Shown here in pieces: positions 54,162-61,620 of a stretch of 61,620 nucleotides of DNA (position 1 is its first letter; each line of letters opens with the position of its first letter). Both the position numbers and the translations under genes were made by a program. Under the pieces are notes generated by a model, which saw nothing but the letters and a program-made list of their open reading frames with translations, did no database searches and was not told where the DNA came from. Source of the stretch: Trichoplax sp. H2 (taxonomy: Eukaryota); the NCBI GenBank assembly GCA_003344405.1, contig NOWV01000291.1:1-61620 (forward strand), read 5' to 3'.

Positions 54162-55385
54162 TTAATTCTGCTTAAAATAAACGGAAAATTCACTCTTTGG
54201 AATATCGTAAGACCAATCATTACTTAATGCTGTTAAAGCACCCAAATGCCCAATTTCGTCTGCTGATTTAGCCGCATGAGAACAACCGCCAGTTAACACA
54301 GTAACTCCTTCGTTAACTTCACCAATCATGACATGATTGCTAGGAGTGTGAGTGGAAACGCAATGGTCAGTAACTACAGAGCCATATTCAAATGTTGGCA
54401 TTAATCGATTTATTGTTTTTACCAAGACCTCCACAAGATTGTCAGATTCAACATTGCGATACCACTCAATAACTTGCTGATGATCATCTAGTTTGTCAGA
54501 ACCAGTCAAGCCATGACCAATCTTAATATAAAATTTTCCATCATCATAACGAATTGGTGGTAGGATATAGCAATCGTAACGAGCATCTTTGCCAGTGAAA
54601 TAGATGACAGCTGGCATTGACTTCATATCTTGCAAGTCCTTATCTTTAACTTGTAGTTTAACTACTGTTTCTTTCATCAATTCAATATCCAATTGCTTTT
54701 GGGGATCTGGTAACAACTTTTTAAAGGGCGTAAAAGCACCTGTAGCAAGAATCACTTTACCACTATATAAATAATTTCCCTTTTCAGTGACAATTTTAAA
54801 TTGGCCACGATCATCTCGATCGACCCTATCAACAATTTCTTTAATTAATGTACATCCTTGTTTTTGAGCTATCGTCATTTGTGCAATAACATGTTGACGA
54901 ATATTAATGTAGCCACCTTGACTTGGTTGATAAATACCAACGCATGAGGGAGGAAAAGAAAAATAAGGAAATTTCGATTTGAGCTGCTGATGATCAAGCA
55001 ATTCAAATTCGACTTGCAAAAGTTTGGCACATTCCTTTACTTTATCAATATAGCTAGTTCCTTCTTCAACGACACCTAAATATCCAGATGGAGTATAAAA
55101 TTGCATATTTGATTTTTCTTCTACTTCTACATAGCGTGGTATGGAACGTTGAGCTAACTTGGCCCATACAAGATCAGGATCTAGAATTCGTGTAATTCTA
55201 CCAGCATCGTAATGAGCTCCATATACACTGCGCTCAGTATCTTGTGATCTTGGATGATCGGGTTCATCCGGTCCTATCAAGCAAATTTTCTTCTCACAAA
55301 GTTGACTTAAATGTCGTGCACAAGCAGATCCAATGCAACCAGCACCTATGATAGTAATATCGAAAGAGCCCAAATCTGTCCCCAT
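54162..55385 (-). CDS. FAD-dependent oxidoreductase, sarcosine oxidase/DAO family, copy 2, intronless, 407 aa
   Basis: GAGCIG Rossmann motif, HYDAGRITR, ILATGAF, YILPPIRY, conserved Cys in DHCVST, and GGCSHAAKSADEIG. Confidence 0.9.
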   Translation of the reverse strand: MGTDLGSFDITIIGAGCIGSACARHLSQLCEKKICLIGPDEPDHPRSQDTERSVYGAHYDAGRITRILDPDLVWAKLAQRSIPRYVEVEEKSNMQFYTPSGYLGVVEEGTSYIDKVKECAKLLQVEFELLDHQQLKSKFPYFSFPPSCVGIYQPSQGGYINIRQHVIAQMTIAQKQGCTLIKEIVDRVDRDDRGQFKIVTEKGNYLYSGKVILATGAFTPFKKLLPDPQKQLDIELMKETVVKLQVKDKDLQDMKSMPAVIYFTGKDARYDCYILPPIRYDDGKFYIKIGHGLTGSDKLDDHQQVIEWYRNVESDNLVEVLVKTINRLMPTFEYGSVVTDHCVSTHTPSNHVMIGEVNEGVTVLTGGCSHAAKSADEIGHLGALTALSNDWSYDIPKSEFSVYFKQN

Positions 55386-55854
55386 ATTGATTTTAGAAGC
55401 GATTCTACAGAGTCTATATTAATGTGTGTATCGTATAGTACTACAAATAACGGTTACAATAATCGTTGCAGCACCATAAAAGTGTCGAATTTAGATCAGA
55501 TTCTGTAGATTACGACGTTCTGTATATTATCTTAGTATAACAAATAATAATCACAGTGATGGTTGTACACAGCAACAATTTTAATTCTACACAATCTAGT
55601 ATCACCAGTATTGTGTACTGCAGTGCTACAATTAACGATATAATAACGATAATCGTTCCAGTGTAGTAATGGTATCGATTTTAAGATTAGATTTTGCAGA
55701 CTGCAGTATTATACTGTATGTCTACAGTAGCGCTACAAATGATAATCACAATAAACTTTGTGCAACAGTAAATATCGATTTTAGGACCAGATTTTACAGA
55801 CAGTACATGTAGTTATTATATCTGAAATTACAATGGTAGCTGCAACACAACGAA

Positions 55855-56330
55855 GAATCGAATTTAGATTAGATCGTTCGTAGCAGCTCAGCAAAAATAT
55901 TGATTTTAGATTAGACTATTCGTTGCAGCAAGCAAAAGTATCGATTTTAGATTAGACTACTCGTTGTAGCACAGCAAAGTATCGATTTTAGATTAGACTA
56001 ATCGTTGTAGCACAGCAAAGTATCGATTTAGATTAGATTATTCGCTGCAGCACAACAAAGTGTCGATTTAGATTAGATTATTCGTTGCAGTACAACAAAA
56101 GTATCGATTTTAGATTAGACTATTCGTTGCAGCACAGCAAAGTGTCGATTTTAGATTAGACTATTTGTTGCAGCACAGCAAAAGTATCGATTTTAGATTA
56201 GACTATTCGTTACAGCACAGTTGAAAATTTTAGATAAGATTATACGTTACAACACAGCAGAGCAGTATCAATTTTTGATCCAATTATTTGTTTACAGCAC
56301 TGCAAAAGTACCGATTTAAGATCCGATTTC
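55855..56330. repeat. Minisatellite, ~39-41 bp unit, ~11 copies
   Basis: GTATCGATTTTAGATTAGACTATTCGTTGCAGCACAGCAAAA repeated in tandem between the divergent copies 2 and 3. Confidence 0.95.
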
Positions 56331-57152
56331 GTAGATTGCAGTATTATATGGGCACAATAGCAATAAAACTACTGTAATATTCACAATTATTGTTGCAACA
56401 GTGTTCTTAAAATTAAACAGCTAAATCTTTATAACACGTAGTCACCCGCCGATCATTCGATTGCAAGTATTCGAGCTCCGCAAGATTGAAATTTGATGAA
56501 TCTTCAGCCAGCAGCGACTATCCAGTACTGTAGGTTAATTATTAACTCAGGTACTGATACTTAGCACTATTCCATTCAATTTACTTGCTAATATCAAATT
56601 ATTCTAGAAACGATGAGCATCCAGATGATAATTAATTAATCGATTCCAGAGATTAAAAGTAATCTATACGAGTACAACTAGATAACGTGATGGACTATAT
56701 GCTGCAGTATGCTCGCGTATGCACGATAGAGATTGCTATATACAGTATATTGCCACTCAGTACTATACCGTAATATCAATTTGTATGAGTACTGTAAGTT
56801 TACTTAATTTATGCAGTAAACAAATCAATTCATCGCGATAAACTAACGGATTTAAGAGTACTAGAACAGCAAGTAAAAGTAATAGAACGAAAGCCATGGA
56901 ACGAGTAAGGGCTATTCTAGCTTTATAAAATAACTCATGTGCTTAAGTTATGTTCCTATAAGATTGGTTGGAAATGCTTGCACAGATTAAGCTGATTTAA
57001 TGTGAATAAGATACGAGAATTAGCATTTCGTAACAGTCTAGATAGTACAAGAGATTTATTAAGATATTTCTTGTATCCAATCCAAATTATCATAAAATTG
57101 TTATGTGTATGATTGATTGAATAGAAGTACTAGTATAGTGCATAGACGGAAG

Positions 57153-58382
57153 ATGGAAAAAAATGAAGAGAATAGCTATGATGTTGCAGTGATTGGAGCT
57201 GGGTGCATGGGATCTGCTTGTGCACGCCATTTAGCCGAATGTTACAAGGGAATGAAAGTTTGCCTTATTGGCCCTGATGAGCCCACTTTACCTCGTAGTC
57301 AAAGCGGTCGCAGCGTTTTCGCTGCTTATTATGACCAAGGAAGAATTACACGACGTTTAGATGCTGATCCTGTTTGGTCAAGAATAGCAGATCGCTCCAT
57401 TTCACGTTATCCACATCTGCAAGAATCAACCGGTATTCAATATTATAGTGAAGTTGGATCGATCATCATTGGACCCAAACAGGATATCATTTGGGGAAAA
57501 ATCGAAAAGTGTGCTAAAGACTTGCAAATTAATTACAATCGATTAAATAATAAGGACTTAAAGTCTAGATTCCCTTATCTTCATCTCGCCGATGATTATA
57601 TCGGATTTTATGAAGCCAATTCTGCAGGTTATATTTCTCCTCGAGGTCAAGTCAAGGCAGAAATAAAAGCTGCTATGGATAATGGATGCCAATTAATCAG
57701 AGATATTGTTTATCAAGTTCAACGAAGTCAAGATGGAAAATTTATTATTACAACGGAATCCAATCGGGTTATAAGCAGCCAAAAGATTGTAGTCGCAACA
57801 GGTGCTTTTACATTATTTAAAGACATCATACCAACCGATATTCGTAAAAAGTTGGCTATTACATGTGGTACTCAAACTGTAGTAAAATTACAAGTAAGCG
57901 AAGAAGAGTTAAAAGATTATACTGGTATGCCATGTATTCTACACCGCAACTCTAGTCAACAGAATGGAGATTGGTACTTGTTGCCACCAATTCTTTATCC
58001 TAATGGCAAATATTACATTAAAATTGGTCATAGCAAAGATTTTATTCGCGAAATAAACAATTATGAGCATGTATTAGAATGGTTTCATGGCACTGGTGAT
58101 ATTGAAGCAAAAAACACTTTAGTCGACATCATAAATCACTTTCTGCCCCACTTTAAGCCAGTTTCTATAGAATCAGATTGTTGTGCTTATACTCTTACCC
58201 CTCATAATCATGTTATGATTGGTAACATCGCAGAAGGTATGGTGTTACTAACTGGTGGTAATGGTCATGCAGCTAAATCAGCAGATGAACTTGGCAGAAT
58301 TGGTGCTTTAACAATCATGAATGAATCGTGGAATTATGATATTTCCAGTGAAGAGTTTAAATTATGCTTGAACTCATCATGA
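57153..58382 (+). CDS. FAD-dependent oxidoreductase, sarcosine oxidase/DAO family, copy 3, intronless, ~409 aa
   Basis: ATG at 57153. GAGCMG, YYDQGRITR, VVATGAF, YLLPPILYP, DCCAY and GGNGHAAKSADELG; clearly paralogous to copy 2. Confidence 0.9.
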   Translation: MEKNEENSYDVAVIGAGCMGSACARHLAECYKGMKVCLIGPDEPTLPRSQSGRSVFAAYYDQGRITRRLDADPVWSRIADRSISRYPHLQESTGIQYYSEVGSIIIGPKQDIIWGKIEKCAKDLQINYNRLNNKDLKSRFPYLHLADDYIGFYEANSAGYISPRGQVKAEIKAAMDNGCQLIRDIVYQVQRSQDGKFIITTESNRVISSQKIVVATGAFTLFKDIIPTDIRKKLAITCGTQTVVKLQVSEEELKDYTGMPCILHRNSSQQNGDWYLLPPILYPNGKYYIKIGHSKDFIREINNYEHVLEWFHGTGDIEAKNTLVDIINHFLPHFKPVSIESDCCAYTLTPHNHVMIGNIAEGMVLLTGGNGHAAKSADELGRIGALTIMNESWNYDISSEEFKLCLNSS

Positions 58383-58945
58383 TGTGTTGCATATAAGTAT
58401 TTTCTCTTAATTTGTCATCTTCTTGTAGGATTATAATAGATAATCGATAAAGATTATTGAACCTTGGATTTGCTCACTTTACCAACTTTAGCTATCGTTA
58501 AATTGATTGCCTAATTTAACCTTAAGTTATCATCAATGACTCTTGGAATTACGACATTTCTAGCGAGGAGTAGTAATTATACTTGAAAGCATGATGTGTT
58601 GTGTATTACTTTTTTAATAGGTCATCTTTTTATAGGGTTATAATATGGTAATTGATAAATATAGATTAAATTACTCTAATTTATCAACCATAATTATCAT
58701 TAAATTGACTACCTAATTTAACCTTAAGTAATCATGAATAAATCTTGGATTTCGAAATTTACGGTAAACAATTTAAATTATACTTGAAACTATCATACTG
58801 TGTAGTGTTGTATATGATTATTCTTTAAATCTCTTTGCAGGATTGTAATATGATAATTATATAATTGATAACTAAATAATGCTTTAATTATTTTTATCAA
58901 CTTTAGCTATCGTTAGATTGACTAAATACTTTAGCCTCCAGTTAA
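58320..58945 (+). repeat. Three diverged ~205-bp tandem copies of the copy 3 stop-codon/3'UTR region
   Basis: TGGAATTATGATATTTCCAG...AATTATGCTTGAA...ATGATGTGTTG recurs degenerately at ~58540 and ~58745. Confidence 0.8.
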
Positions 58946-59929
58946 TAAAGTACAGCGATGCATTAATAATTGATCAATGCTATTTAAATTAGTTATCTTA
59001 ATTTAACCTACGGTAATGAGCTTAGTACCCTTTTACTAAAGCACAAATACGCGTTGTATTTCGCGGACTATGATATTCGTGCGTAAGTCATCAGTTCGTC
59101 TCTAAATTTGTCAATTTAATGTTCCTATTTTCTCATGATCCATTTAAGTAGCCAAAAATAATGGATACGCGGTAATTTACAAGATGCCGTTGTAGTGATG
59201 TGCCCCATATTTGATTATAAGGATAGCTATATTTGATTGTGTTAATTGCTATATTTGATGCAGTTAGGTTACTAAGAATAGATATTATCGTAAAGCTAAT
59301 ATTAGACGATTGATAACTACTGTATTCGAAATTTCTGATGACGCCGTGGCTATTCATCTACTAAAACACTGTATAATGAAAATGCCCAACACCGAAAGGT
59401 GCTGGACATTGATAGAAGAGTAGTGATATCTTAAGTAGAATGCTTCAGTTTGGAGAAGATAATGATGTTCTATTTCAAGAAAAGTATTCTATTTGATGAC
59501 TCATGTCTGATTGTAGATTAATTAAGTTGTCATAAATGGGTTTAGTGAAATTATTTCAGAACTGCAGAGATAAACTCACGGAGAGAGAAGAGACTTTACT
59601 TCACTTTCGGCTCGGAATACTTTAGATTTTAGATTAGATTCTTGTAGTAATCAATTATTGCTCTACTATTTCTAAAACGTTGTACTAAAAGCTTTTAGAA
59701 AATACCATTGACTAAGACAAGTTATTGTGAGACACATTTATTACAGCTATACGGATGATTTTGGCTCATATGGAGGATGTTTGGGCAAGAATGATAGTTT
59801 CTGATAATAATTGTAATCCATCGAATCTGCAACTAGGTGTATGGAATAAATTAAAATTAGGAGTGTCAAAGCTATCGGCTAATGTTATTGGATTAAGACT
59901 TTAATACGACTTTAATTAACAGACAAAAT

Positions 59930-60745
59930 TCCGGAGAATATGATATCGCCGTGGCTGATTCATCTACAGTTTAAAAGCAGCTGTAGGTAATGAAAATATG
60001 AGCTGAACCTGATCTACAAATTCTATACAGCGCTTTCGTATTGGAAGGCTGATAAAGAGTCCAAGCAGTTCGTTTTTAAGCCGTAGCGACTCTTAAGGCA
60101 CAAATGCCGAAGAAAATGATATCGTCATAATGAATCGATGAATAATCTATAGTTTAAAAGCAGCTTTAGGTAGTAAATTATGACCAGAAGCTGATCAACC
60201 AATTACAGGATTAATTATAGGAGCCTTAACTAACATATTACTACAGCATTGGAAGTCTGGTAAGAGTTTGGGCAGTTCTTAAGCCATAACGACTTTAACA
60301 TCCAATTATCGGAGAAAATGATGTCATCATAACTGATCGATGATTAATCTACTAATTAAGAGCAATCCTAAAGTAGTAAAATAGGAGCTGAACCTGATCA
60401 ATCAATTATGAGAGTCTTCACTACAACTTCTGCATTGGAAGGCTGAAATGCAGGAGAAAATAATCTTGTCATAACTGATCGATGATTAATCTACAGTTTT
60501 TTAAGAGCAGCTCTAGGCAATAAAATACGAACTGAACCTGATTCAACCAATTTATACAATTATAGGAGTTTCAACTACAATTTTTTACATTGGAAGGCCA
60601 CTAAGGGTTCAGGTAATTAGTTTTTAAGCCATATCGAATATAACACACAAATGCCGAAGAAAATAATATCGTTATAACTGATCGATGACTAATCTACAGT
60701 TTAAGAGCCGCTCTAGGCAGTAAAATTCGAGTTGAACCTGATTCG
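59930..60745. repeat. Degenerate ~150-200 bp tandem repeat, ~5 copies
   Basis: GAGAAAATGATATCGTCATAACTGATCGATGATTAATCTACAGTTTAA...GAGCTGAACCTGATC recurs at ~59930, 60110, 60310, 60455 and 60655. Confidence 0.85.
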
Positions 60746-61620
60746 ATCCGAGTATCTAGCTGCAGTAGTAGCTAATCCTGTACTCTACCCCTGCATTGCA
60801 AAGCTAATCATAATGCTACCGTGTTTATTCAAAAATCGCTAGGCATTTTACAAAATCATTAAGTAAAATAACTCATTCTTAATTGACATCTTTCAGTTGG
60901 TTTATTCCTGCATAGTAATTTATTCATTTGGAGCTACGTATTGAATATTTCACATTCAGTTCAATACTTTTCATGATTTGCATAGTGCTTTAATTAATTT
61001 GCATAGTGCTTTCATTAAAACATAGAGTGCACTCTATTATCCCTTATTTGCAATACATTGCATAGGGACCAAGCATTCGTTTCTTCCATACGTTTTATTA
61101 TATTATGCAGTAAACACCCATAAATGATTAGTATAATACCATACGGATTTCATCATTTTAGCTGTTCTAGCAAATAGACAGCTATTACTGTACTATCGCT
61201 AGACTTGGTAGCGTTAGGCTTGCTGAAATATTGCTTCTACTTCTTCTTCAAGTGGTTGCTACAAGACGGTGTCGATAGCTAGGCATAGCTAACATCGTTG
61301 AGCTACGCCAAGTATTACAGTATTCAGTGACAGTAAACTGTTGTCGAAGTGGCGTTGGGCTTGGTGAGAAACTTCTTCAAGCGGTTACAACTAACGTTGG
61401 GACAATTGCCTATCAGACAACAACCTGAACAACACAGCGAACATTGTAGAAGTACAGCAAGCATTTCTTACTCAGTTACACTAGACTGTTGTCCTAGTAG
61501 CGCTTAGCTTGTTCAGCTATTTCTCCTTCAATTGTTGCTACAAACGTGGTAGGAACGGTGATTACTAGTCTCCATTTTACCATCTGTTGACAGTGTCTGA
61601 CAGCAAGCATTAATTTAAAA

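Overview
AT-rich, intron-containing animal genomic DNA. Compact genes with short introns and relics of an expanded TPR family suggest a placozoan (Trichoplax-like); this is inference. (1) 1-12.5 kb: a higher-order tandem repeat of three 3.6-4.9 kb super-units, each a ~1.2 kb spacer plus diverged ~240-250 bp monomers, with a solo LTR in one unit. (2) 12.5-20 kb: decayed sequence with TPR pseudogene relics. Sampled windows in 1-16 kb are depleted in CpA/TpG and enriched in TpA while keeping CpG, resembling fungal RIP. (3) 20.7-50 kb: genes assembled by hand from splice sites: a CARD-like + HERC2-type RCC1 propeller fusion, a PABP-like gene with one RRM + MLLE, two tandem C1orf43/NICE-3 paralogs, XPA, tRNA-Gly(CCC), MRPL54, AFG2B/SPATA5L1 and PPP1R35. 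(4) 50-61.6 kb: three intronless sarcosine-oxidase-like FAD oxidoreductases (one frameshifted) among minisatellites. Best leads: the RIP-like footprint in an animal, the CARD-RCC1 fusion, the single-RRM PABP and an unexplained cloverleaf element near the tRNA. All counts are by hand and approximate; family calls are from recalled sequences, not searches.
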